Source of the DNA: Bacteroidia bacterium
Lineage (GTDB): Bacteria; Bacteroidota; Bacteroidia; Chitinophagales; Saprospiraceae
Reading direction: 5' to 3'
DNA length: 64,000 nt
NCBI GenBank assembly: GCA_030433135.1
Contig: JAUILF010000001.1
Span: forward strand, 2,891 to 66,890
The notes beneath the pieces were generated by a model. That model saw nothing but the letters and a program-made list of their open reading frames with translations. It had not been told where the DNA came from and did no database searches. Numbering within the stretch: the stretch's first letter is position 1; each line of letters opens with the position of its first letter. Position numbers and translations under genes: made by a program. Below are positions 29,042 to 37,426 of this stretch, piece by piece.

Positions 29042-29303
29042 TATTCTTAATAGCAGTTTAACGAGAGTCTGTGCAATAACACCTGATCATTCTTTCATTC
29101 TTCAAATAGGAGTCAACGAGATACACTGTACAGGATTCGGTTCGATTTAAAGATAGGGTTTACTACGGTGCAACAGAGGGTAATTGTACAATAAATATGG
29201 AGAATATACTTGAGTCCCAAAATAGAAACAATTCGACTTTGATTGGCCACCAACCAAAAGTTACTGACCTTTTCGTCACTTTTTATATTGTCCATCTTTG
29301 GCT

Positions 29304-29570
29304 TTATTCATTATCAGTCAATCTTCTAAAATCTTCATCACTCCATAGGTCCTTGAAATCTTCATCTTCGCTTGCCATCAATTTGTATGAAGTGTCTATA
29401 TCAATACACCTACTGAGATTCGCTAAACATTCCTTCTTTTGAGACAACAAAGAATAAACACAAGCCTTATTATAGTAAGCCATGGCGTCCTTCGGGTCGA
29501 TTTCTATTGCCTTGTCGTAGTTATCTATTGCCTTTCGGTATTCCTTTAATTCAGAATAGGCATGGCCTCA
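29304..29570 (-). pseudogene. 3' fragment of a TPR-repeat gene
   Basis: Hand translation gives ..AYSELKEYRKAIDNYDKAIEIDPKDAMAYYNKACVYSLLSQKKECLANLSRCIDIDTSYKLMASEDEDFKDLWSDEDFRRLTDNE* (stop 29304-29306). Upstream the frame is closed by stops near 29572. Confidence 0.45.
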
Positions 29571-30143
29571 ATTTAACAAACTTAATACAACTTACCCAGT
29601 TCTGATCTGCGTTTGCCAATATGACGTGATGGCAGCCTGTTAGCTGCAGCTTGAATCCTCTCTAGACCTCAATGCTAATGAAAGAGGTATTGTCCCTTAA
29701 AACTCTGCTTTCTCTTTCTCTCTTGGAAAGCAAATAATTTTGAGAAAATCCTTGAATTTGAAGCCCATAAACCGTGGGTAAGGGAGTTGTTAGTCCCGGT
29801 CAGGTAGGCTTTAAGAGGATAATTAATCCGTTATCGAAACGTCCTGCATCATTTTCCTGTTTTGTGTTTTTGACATATTTATAGAGGATTCTATCCATAA
29901 TTATCGTTTCTGCAAGGTTCCTATTTTTCCTCGGAGAATTAAACCAGAGAATATCCCACTCCCCCATTTTAGAATCTTCCTTTTAAAGGTACGTTGATTT
30001 CTTTGCCATAAACTATCAAACGGTAGGTGGAGTATTCCGGCAACAAGACGCGTCAAAACTTTTATATAGCTTTGTATTCTTACATCAATACCCAATGCTT
30101 CCTGTTGTAGATTGGTAATCTTTCCGTGAGGAGAAACTCTTGA

Positions 30144-30257
30144 TCTTTAGATTCCAATTACTAATTGCCTACACTAGGATGACAGAGCCGAGCGATTCCG
30201 TTCAAAAGAGTACTGTATGATAGGTCCGATGAACCACTGTGAATCCATAATTATTAG
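30144..30257. repeat. Copy E2 of the ~115-bp repeat, flush against the 3' end of the pentapeptide-repeat gene
   Basis: See E1. It ends 10 nt before the stop codon at 30268-30270. Confidence 0.7.
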
Positions 30258-30267
30258 AGTTTCGTCT

Positions 30268-31248
30268 TTATTTATCTTTATTAAGATAATCATCAACTGG
30301 TGAAATTATTAATTCATCAAAATTCTCTGTTAACTGCTTTTCCGATCTGTAACGTTCGATATTCAAGAACCAAGGAAATCTTTTAAAGAAGTCAAGCATT
30401 CCATGTTCAAAGTCGGATTCGTGAATAATGGGAAGAACTGGAACAGAAGGTAAGTCAGGAACAAATCCTCTAAGTTCTTGTAAAATACTTTTAGCATTAG
30501 TCAAATCTGCAATTACAAATCGTGACATTCTTGCTAGGAGTCCTACTGTTTCGTCTACTGTTCTGTCAGGGTTTTTAAAATCAAATACTATAGGGATGAA
30601 ATTTTTTCTCCGAACTATTGACCTTATTGAATCTATGATTTTTTTTTGCTTTGGCTGGAACCTACCAAGAATCAATACAACCTTTTGATTTATAGTGTTT
30701 ATCTGTTTTGTCAACTTTTCGCTAGATATTAAATTATAAATGAATTGAGCCAATTCAATATCATCTAAGGTAATAGTTGATTGAGTTGGAGAAGTAATAA
30801 CAAGATTTCTCTGAATTGCACCATCTAATTTGGTTTTCCATACAGAACTTCCAAATACTTGAGATTCACTGAGATTTGAATGGGATAAATTGGAGAGAAC
30901 AAACTTACAACCTTTCAAATTTGAATTTTGCATATTCGAATTTGAAAGGTTGCATGCCTTCAGCATACAGTCATTAAAATAAGAGCCTTCAAGATTAGAA
31001 TTTGAAAAATCTGTTTCAAGGAAATAAATATGTGAAAAGATTGAGTTTGATAAGTTTGCATCGTTGAAGTTGATTCTCCATAGCTGACATTCATATTTAT
31101 TCCCATTTGTATCATAGGAATATTTTTTCTCAATTGTTGTAAAGTCAAATCCTTGAAGGTCAATAATTTTTTTAGGATATACCTTTCTCCAATTATTCCA
31201 ATAATCTACACCTTTTTTGAGTATCTCAATTTGATCTTGGTTTGCCAT
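30268..31248 (-). CDS. Pentapeptide-repeat protein with a conserved C-terminal Rossmann/TIR-like domain, 326 aa
   Basis: The N-terminus IEILKKGVDYWNNWRKVYPKKIIDLQG is followed by A(D/N)LxX-type repeats (NDANLSNSIF, TDFSNSNLEGSYF, CNLSNSNMQNSNLKGCKF, SNLSHSNLSES). The C-terminus is VVLILGRFQPKQKKIIDSIRSIVRRKNFIPIVFDFKNPDRTVDETVGLLARMSRFVIADLTNAKSILQEL. I recall this architecture from cyanobacterial/Bacteroidota pentapeptide proteins. The fold assignment is inference. Confidence 0.85.
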   Translation of the reverse strand: MANQDQIEILKKGVDYWNNWRKVYPKKIIDLQGFDFTTIEKKYSYDTNGNKYECQLWRINFNDANLSNSIFSHIYFLETDFSNSNLEGSYFNDCMLKACNLSNSNMQNSNLKGCKFVLSNLSHSNLSESQVFGSSVWKTKLDGAIQRNLVITSPTQSTITLDDIELAQFIYNLISSEKLTKQINTINQKVVLILGRFQPKQKKIIDSIRSIVRRKNFIPIVFDFKNPDRTVDETVGLLARMSRFVIADLTNAKSILQELRGFVPDLPSVPVLPIIHESDFEHGMLDFFKRFPWFLNIERYRSEKQLTENFDELIISPVDDYLNKDK

Positions 31249-31390
31249 TCGTAACTACTTCTGATATTTTATGACTGCTAACGCTTCGGCTACAAGCGTC
31301 TGTATTGGCTAGCAATCTAAAGCCTATAAACTTCTTGTTAGCACTCGCAATTTAACAAATTTAATACGATTATTCCAGTTCATAACTGCG

Positions 31391-32032
31391 TTAGCCAATA
31401 TGAAGTCTTGGTAGACTGTTATGGCTCTCCGTTGGTATCTCAATGAACCGATCATTTTCGATCCATGCATAAGGTGGAAAATTGATCGTACCATCACCAT
31501 AATAATAATCAAACCCCCTGGCCAAAGGACCACCGTTGACGGGTTTGCTCCAATCAATATCTTCAGGAAAATACAGGGTAGAACTCTCCTTCTTCACACC
31601 CGATGTGTCAGTGAAAGCCCAATTCCATCCCAAATGCCATTTTCCAATACAGGCTGTATGATATCCTTCGTCTTTCAAGAGTTGAGGTAACGTGATATCC
31701 GACTCCCTAAAAAATGGACCACCAAAAACACCCACTATGCTATGTTGTCTCCGCCAATGATAGGTTCCTGTTAGCAAGGCAAATCGACTCGGAGAACAAA
31801 TACCGGATGAACTGTGTGCATCGGTAAATCTCATTCCCTCAGCAGCGAGACCATCTAAGTAAGGTGTTGGAATTCTGGAATGGGGATTCAGACAATTGAG
31901 GTCGCCATACCCCATGTCATCAGCATAAATAATCACAATATTAGGTAATGGCTGTTCTGATCTACTACAGCCGGAAAATAATAGCACCGTCAGGAAGCAC
32001 CATATAATATTATTGCAGCCGTTGTTACTCAA
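31391..32032 (-). pseudogene. 5' fragment of an arylsulfatase-type sulfatase gene (lipoprotein signal + catalytic N-terminal half only)
   Basis: LLFSGCS lipobox, [11 protein letters not shown], the formylglycine motif CSPSR, and IGKWHLG. The ORF stops after 213 aa, whereas family members are typically more than 450 aa. Confidence 0.7.
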
Positions 32033-32810
32033 AAATGAAATTATTACAATAATTAGCCATGTCGTTTACATCCTGAAATGTATCAAAAGTAAACTCATCC
32101 AGGGCCCGGACTTCTTCACCATGAATAAACTGCCCTTTGTAACCCAGGTCCCGCAACCATTCAATCACCTCATTTACGCGATCTTCACCGATGTGTCTGG
32201 CCTCAATTTCGACTAATATTTTGGGTTTATGACTTTTCAAATAATTCACACCTCCCTTGAAGACGTTCAGCTCATTGCCCTCCACATCAATTTTCAGCAA
32301 CACAGGTTTGATGGATGTCCGGGAGATATAATTATCCAGGCTCTCCAGTTCGATAGTTTCTACTCTGTTGATTTCAGCCTCCGGATTTTTATCCAGTATA
32401 GTGGCACCTGGTGATGAATCCTGTTTGATGGCATTTACCGGAATGTACAATGTGGCGGAACCCGGCTTATCTGAGATTCCATATGGTTCGACGATTACAT
32501 TGCTCCATTTTAAAGACTCTGTCAGTCCCTTGAGGTAATTGTAAAGGACCTTTTGAGGTTCAAATCCGACTACTAACCCTTTTTTACCAACAATTTGTCT
32601 GATTTTATTCAGGTATCCTCCCTTATGTGCGCCGATATCAAACACGACATCACCCTTCTGAACCGAATCCTCAATGTACTTTATTCCACCGGGGTCTTTC
32701 CTGGTCTTGTAACTATGGGTTCTATACCAGATCTTGAGTCTTTCCAACATAGGTGATGGTTCTGCGTTGCCAATTGGATTTCGCCCATGAAGGTACCCAA
32801 ATGTACTCAA
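32025..32810 (-). CDS. FkbM-family SAM-dependent methyltransferase
   Basis: [16 protein letters not shown]...[16 protein letters not shown]...SATLYIP is the typical FkbM pattern. There is an 8-nt overlap with the sulfatase fragment start. Confidence 0.75.
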   Translation of the reverse strand: MSTFGYLHGRNPIGNAEPSPMLERLKIWYRTHSYKTRKDPGGIKYIEDSVQKGDVVFDIGAHKGGYLNKIRQIVGKKGLVVGFEPQKVLYNYLKGLTESLKWSNVIVEPYGISDKPGSATLYIPVNAIKQDSSPGATILDKNPEAEINRVETIELESLDNYISRTSIKPVLLKIDVEGNELNVFKGGVNYLKSHKPKILVEIEARHIGEDRVNEVIEWLRDLGYKGQFIHGEEVRALDEFTFDTFQDVNDMANYCNNFIFE

Positions 32811-32880
32811 ACAACCGAATTACTATAACCCGCTCAATTGCTGGGAAACTGTGCATGTTCAATGCCGGTTACCATTTAAA

Positions 32881-33534
32881 TCAGCCCGAAAACCTGTGTA
32901 AGATCCCATCCACATCAAAATCCATGAAACTGTCAATTGTGTAATCTGCTATCTCAAAACAGGAATCCCTGCTGCCATTGGTAAATGCAACAACTGTCAT
33001 ACCGGCATTCTTTGCGGCAAGTATGCCTGAATAGGAATCCTCGAATACCACACAGTCTTGTGTGTCGATGCCCAATCTCCTTGCCGCATTGAGATAGATA
33101 TCCGGTTGAGGTTTCCCTTTTCTTTCAAATTCAGCAGATAAGATCACATCAAAAAAATGCAACATGTCCATTTTCTTCAGGACTGTCGGAATAATTTTTT
33201 GTGGCGAGTTTGTTGCCAGTCCCAGCTTAAAGCCTGCATCCTTTATGCTTTTGATGAAGGTTCGAACCCCGGGTATCTCACAGGGTTCGGTTTCAATAAA
33301 GTCGATGACTCTGGATACGACCATCTCTTCCACTTCACTGTACTTCGTTCCTTCCCAGGGCTGTTTATTGAACCAATAATCAGTCACTTCCGAGGTAGTC
33401 ATTGATTTTGTGATGGCAGCTTCTGCATGAGTTACATGTACTCCCAGGGCTGTAAAAACTTCGTATTCAGCCTGACTCCAAAATGACTCAGAGTCAACCA
33501 GGACGCCATCCATGCCAAAAATCAGGGCCTTCAC
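32881..33534 (-). CDS. HAD-superfamily hydrolase (beta-phosphoglucomutase-like subfamily IA), motif I variant
   Basis: GTG start. Motif I reads LIFGMDGVLVDSE (Gly where the nucleophile Asp is expected), motif II LATNS, and motif III/IV KGKPQPDIY..VVFEDSYSGILAAKNAGM. Confidence 0.8.
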   Translation of the reverse strand: MKALIFGMDGVLVDSESFWSQAEYEVFTALGVHVTHAEAAITKSMTTSEVTDYWFNKQPWEGTKYSEVEEMVVSRVIDFIETEPCEIPGVRTFIKSIKDAGFKLGLATNSPQKIIPTVLKKMDMLHFFDVILSAEFERKGKPQPDIYLNAARRLGIDTQDCVVFEDSYSGILAAKNAGMTVVAFTNGSRDSCFEIADYTIDSFMDFDVDGILHRFSG

Positions 33535-33716
33535 GTTTTCTATTTAATTTCTTATTGCAAGGGTTCCTGATTTCGCTAACAGCAGGATGTTTCTATGTAG
33601 AACCACTGTTTTAAAATCACACTTTTACAGTTTAACCTAATTACCAGCCTCATCGCCTGTGGTTGAAATCTTGAGACCTCAAGTTACCCTTTTCTCCTGA
33701 TTGAAAACTTTGTTAT

Positions 33717-34211
33717 CTAATTTGAGGAATGCAAACCTATCCTGTTGCCTTCTGAATCAGAAAACAAAGCAAAAAATCCACTTTCGTCAGCGTGCTGAGT
33801 CTTGGGTGCCAAGATTTTACCCCCATTTCCTTCCACACGATCCAGAATGATTTGCAGATCATCTCCTCCATGGAGATATATAGTAACTCCCTGAGACGAA
33901 GGTTCATATCCCTCTCCCTTAACAATTACTCCCGTTACCATTTGGTCCTGGTAGGGCAAAACCCCCATCTCCATGCCGGGCATTTCAAACTTTTCGATCT
34001 CTATTTCCAGAATTTTTTCATAAAAAGAAATAGCCCTGGAAATATCAGTGGCCGGGATTTCGAACATGGCAATGTAACTGGACATATCCATAGATGTAAT
34101 ATTTAAATACTCTGTGGTTTCGTTAGGATGTGATCGATTGCTTATCAAAGTATCAACATAAGCACCTACAAGCAGGATAGTTAGCATCGTAATACCGGAC
34201 ACTCTTAGCAT
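33717..34211 (-). CDS. VOC/glyoxalase-bleomycin-resistance family protein with an N-terminal hydrophobic segment
   Basis: MFEIPATDISRAISFYEKILEIEIEKFEMPGMEMGVL...GVTIYLHGGDDLQIILDRVEGNGGKILAPKT...GFFALFSDSEGNRIGLHS. Confidence 0.7.
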   Translation of the reverse strand: MLRVSGITMLTILLVGAYVDTLISNRSHPNETTEYLNITSMDMSSYIAMFEIPATDISRAISFYEKILEIEIEKFEMPGMEMGVLPYQDQMVTGVIVKGEGYEPSSQGVTIYLHGGDDLQIILDRVEGNGGKILAPKTQHADESGFFALFSDSEGNRIGLHSSN

Positions 34212-34289
34212 AATGACATTTTAAGTGAAAGGTATTACGGCCGATTGATCGAAAATTGTAAAAATGCGACAACACCGTCTTGGCAAAAT

Positions 34290-34610
34290 ACAAGCGATGC
34301 ACAGGCCAAATTGCATTATCTAAGTATGAGCAACGGGTCGGTTCGGGTCCCTCGTATTTTGTACGCAGCTGGGAACAGGTGGGTTTTTGCCAGTCCTGGT
34401 CTAACATTCTTAATGCTCTTTCCAAAAAAGCTAAGTGAACTGATAGCTTTAGACTTCATTATGATCTCAAACGGGGCCTCCACCATCATTTATGAATTTT
34501 TCAGTAAATCCCGGACAAACCGCATTGACTTTGAAATGGGTATGTCGAAGTTCATATGCCAAATGAATAGTATACATATAAACTGCTTAATATCAGTTCC
34601 CTGGTTATTA
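34290..34610 (-). pseudogene. Scar of a short-chain dehydrogenase/reductase C-terminal half
   Basis: Hand translation of the minus strand around 34465-34600 gives YTIHLAYELRHTHFKVNAVCPGFTEKFINDGGGPV* (SDR pattern ..LA.EL..t.IkVNAV.PGf..Td). The remainder is in other frames, and no N-terminal Rossmann half is present. Confidence 0.35.
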
Positions 34611-34789
34611 TTATACGCTGATCGTCTATTTTTCAACAATACAATTGTATCTTATACAAATAGTTAAAAAGACTACGGCCTTCCATATGACATAAAATGC
34701 ATGACTCGAACCTCAAGTTTGGCATATCCCTGACCTTATCTCCTCCATCTTTGAGATGCAAAAAATTGTTAATCAATCAATAGCGAACC

Positions 34790-35230
34790 ATGGCAAACGT
34801 AAAAATTATCCTGATTGTGGACACAGCACGCATATTCAAGGCGGCGGATAAGAAATCGAAGAAAAGCATTGATGCTTGTTGCTCTTTTGTGGACAACACC
34901 AAATATATAGGACCTCCTGGTGACCCCGAAAAATATGAGACTTTTGTGGAGCAAGGTCAGATCGTAGAATGGTCTGCTGTAGCCAAAGATCCCCACACCT
35001 GCGATTGTGTATCCGTCGATTCCATAGCACATGAAATGGGATCTGGTAGCACAGATCTCTTTGGCAGCCCGGTTTTGATAGGTAGTGGAGGCGTTATCCG
35101 GGCTACGGTTCTAGCCCAGGAAACCACGGGATCTTCCGAGACGTACACCCTTCGTTTTACTGTTATCAGAAACCGTGATGGATTTACCGAGGCATTTTCG
35201 ATCGATCCCAAGCTGGGTATTAATAATTGA
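34790..35230 (+). CDS. PixA/AidA-like inclusion-body family protein (tentative), 146 aa
   Basis: Complete ORF. MANVKIILIVDTARIF.., ..VEQGQIVEWSAVAKD.., YTLRFTVIRNRDG..FSIDPKLGINN resembles the PixA/AidA pattern (IdiLvViDt..I ; vGD.I.Wr ; y.f.F.i....G...dP.I.i). The stop overlaps the start of the cyclase gene. Confidence 0.55.
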   Translation: MANVKIILIVDTARIFKAADKKSKKSIDACCSFVDNTKYIGPPGDPEKYETFVEQGQIVEWSAVAKDPHTCDCVSVDSIAHEMGSGSTDLFGSPVLIGSGGVIRATVLAQETTGSSETYTLRFTVIRNRDGFTEAFSIDPKLGINN

Positions 35231-37080
35231 CCCTGATTGAAGTGCATCGTTGGCCACTTTCTGGTTTCTTCCCGGTACTATTCTCTATTTGTTTGACCGC
35301 AGCGTTAGCTCAGGACCAACGGGTAGCAGACAGCCTAAAGGTCATATATGCTGAAGGAAACTATTCGGATGAACAAGCACTCGAATTGCTTCGTGCCCTG
35401 GCATTCAATGAAAGAAGCGACCTCCAACAGGCAGAAGCATTCGCTGAGTCGCTTCTGGAGATCGCTGTAGAAAAGAACGATCTCCTTTACCAATATCGGG
35501 GTCATCTACAAAAAGGTCAAATTAAACTACAGCAAGGTGATTTAGAACTGGCTCTTGAAGACTTCTTCAGAAGTCTGGATGCGGCGAAAAGAGCAGACTA
35601 TCAACCTGGTGTAGGAGCTGCCCATAGCAGCATTGCCGATATTTATTCAATCAATGGCAATAGCAGTAATGCGGTGCAATACTATAATCTGGCCATCGAC
35701 ATTTTACGAAATAATGCTGATACTCTCACTCTGGCCTCGGTACTGCTCAATGCTGGCGAAGAGTATTTTCGTTCAGGCACTCTTGACTCAGCCTCGACAT
35801 ATTTTGCAGAATCAAAGTCACTGTTTGAAAAGCTTGATTATCCCATTGGGATCGCCTATAACATGGGAAATTCCGGAATGGTGTATGCGGAAGAAGGCAG
35901 GGATGATGATGCCAAGGAAGCCATCAATGATGCAATCACCATTTTGGAGGAATTAGAAGATTATTATGCGATCTCGGATTATCTCACCTATGTGTCTGAC
36001 ATATACTTTAAGCAAAAGGATCTCTCATCTGCCATTGAGTATGCTCAAAGAAGCCTGTCCCTCTCCCAGAAGTATGGTTTAAAGGAGCAAATCAGCAAAG
36101 CCAATCAGAAATTGGCGACTTACTATGAATACATTGGCGATCAAAACCGTGCATATAGTTATTTCAAAGCCCACATCCATTTTCGGGATAGTGTGAATAA
36201 TATTCAATCGGTCCAGCAAATGGCCGATATGCGAACCCAATTTGAAGTCTCACAAAAACAAATCGAAGTAGATCTTCTCAATCAACAAAAGAAGACACAA
36301 CAAGTCGTTGTCCTGGCTACCAGCCTGGCACTGTTTCTTATCGCACTGCTGGCCTTTGGACTCTATAAGCGTTACCTCTACATTAATCGCACGAAAAAAA
36401 TTATTGAAATAGAACGCAATCGATCGGATGCACTCCTTCTGAATATACTCCCGCAGGAAACAGCCAAAGAATTGAAATCCAGGGGAAAAGTGCAGGCCAA
36501 AAAATTTGACTTGGTGAGTGTCTTGTTTACCGATTTTAAAGGATTTACGCAACTGGCTGAAAAATTACCCCCCGAACTACTCGTAGAGAATCTCGATCTG
36601 TACTTTACAAAATTTGACGACATTGTTGTCAGACATGGACTGGAAAAAATCAAGACTATCGGAGACGCCTATATGTGTGTCAGTGGTCTCCCGGATCCCG
36701 TAATGGATCATGCTCATCGCGCCCTTCTTGCCGCTTTTGATATGATCGACGTTGTCGCTGAAATGCAATCAAAAATCACATCTCATACACCCCTTGAAAT
36801 CCGAGTAGGCATAAATAGTGGACCCGTTGTTGCCGGGGTGGTCGGAAGCAAGAAATTCGCTTACGACATCTGGGGAGATACGGTCAATATAGCATCGAGA
36901 ATGGAATCCAATTCGGAGCCGGGAAGAATAAATATTTCAGAGCATACCTACCAAATGGTGAAAGATATCTTTCCCTGCACCTATCGTGGTGAAATTGTTG
37001 TGAAAAACCGTGGCGCATTGAGAATGTATTTTGCTGAAAGATCCTCGAAAATGAATGCAGTCAGAACAATTAACATTTAG
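35227..37080 (+). CDS. Signal peptide - TPR repeats - TM helix - class III adenylate/guanylate cyclase
   Basis: TTG (35227) or GTG (35242) start. Leader FFPVLFSICLTAALAQDQ, then TPR-like repeats (GAAHSSIADIYSINGNSSNAVQYYNLAIDI etc.) and the TM segment VVVLATSLALFLIALLAFGLY. Cyclase motifs are VSVLFTDFKGFT, KTIGDAYMCVSGLP, RVGINSGPVVAGVVG and IWGDTVNIASRMES. Confidence 0.85.
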   Translation: MTLIEVHRWPLSGFFPVLFSICLTAALAQDQRVADSLKVIYAEGNYSDEQALELLRALAFNERSDLQQAEAFAESLLEIAVEKNDLLYQYRGHLQKGQIKLQQGDLELALEDFFRSLDAAKRADYQPGVGAAHSSIADIYSINGNSSNAVQYYNLAIDILRNNADTLTLASVLLNAGEEYFRSGTLDSASTYFAESKSLFEKLDYPIGIAYNMGNSGMVYAEEGRDDDAKEAINDAITILEELEDYYAISDYLTYVSDIYFKQKDLSSAIEYAQRSLSLSQKYGLKEQISKANQKLATYYEYIGDQNRAYSYFKAHIHFRDSVNNIQSVQQMADMRTQFEVSQKQIEVDLLNQQKKTQQVVVLATSLALFLIALLAFGLYKRYLYINRTKKIIEIERNRSDALLLNILPQETAKELKSRGKVQAKKFDLVSVLFTDFKGFTQLAEKLPPELLVENLDLYFTKFDDIVVRHGLEKIKTIGDAYMCVSGLPDPVMDHAHRALLAAFDMIDVVAEMQSKITSHTPLEIRVGINSGPVVAGVVGSKKFAYDIWGDTVNIASRMESNSEPGRINISEHTYQMVKDIFPCTYRGEIVVKNRGALRMYFAERSSKMNAVRTINI

Positions 37081-37169
37081 TCGCGATATACATAATGTTC
37101 TGTTCGCGTCTCTGAATATTGACATTCCCGCCTGCCAAAGTCTTGTATCATACACAGGAGCCATCTATT

Positions 37170-37196
37170 AACGGATTTTAGTTTCCGTTTTTTTTG
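37170..37196 (+). terminator. Candidate rho-independent terminator of the cyclase gene
   Basis: AACGGA (37170-37175) / TCCGTT (37184-37189) forms a stem, followed by a run of T (37190-37196). It lies about 90 nt after the stop. The stem is only 6 bp. Confidence 0.45.
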
Positions 37197-37426
37197 TTGG
37201 GCTTACGGTCCGGCTGCATGCGCTGTCCAGCCAAGTTCTGTGTTAAGATTCTAAATCTTGATCTTTAATCATGGTATTTCAATGTATCCCACATCTATGC
37301 AATTCGAAGGTGGGATGGCATCATGCAGCCTGTTGGCTGTAGGCTCTTATTTTCGCAGAATCCTTCTATTTCCTATTTCTTCCCTTCTCCTCTTTTGGTC
37401 TGGTCCTGATTGGCAAATCCCCATAT

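Noticed and set aside
29860-30143. Possible second, decayed IS91 transposase C-terminus upstream of repeat copy E2.
   Set aside because: I could not align 29860-30143 with 27400-27672 at nucleotide or protein level. The 64-aa minus ORF there looks like noise.
34245-34667. 140-aa plus-strand ORF in the gap between the VOC and PixA-like genes.
   Set aside because: It overlaps the SDR scar on the opposite strand and has no recognisable features.
37081-37426. Expected an Afp16-like cap gene after the Afp15-like ATPase.
   Set aside because: No ORF of suitable size lies on the minus strand there. The cap gene, if present, must be elsewhere in the locus.
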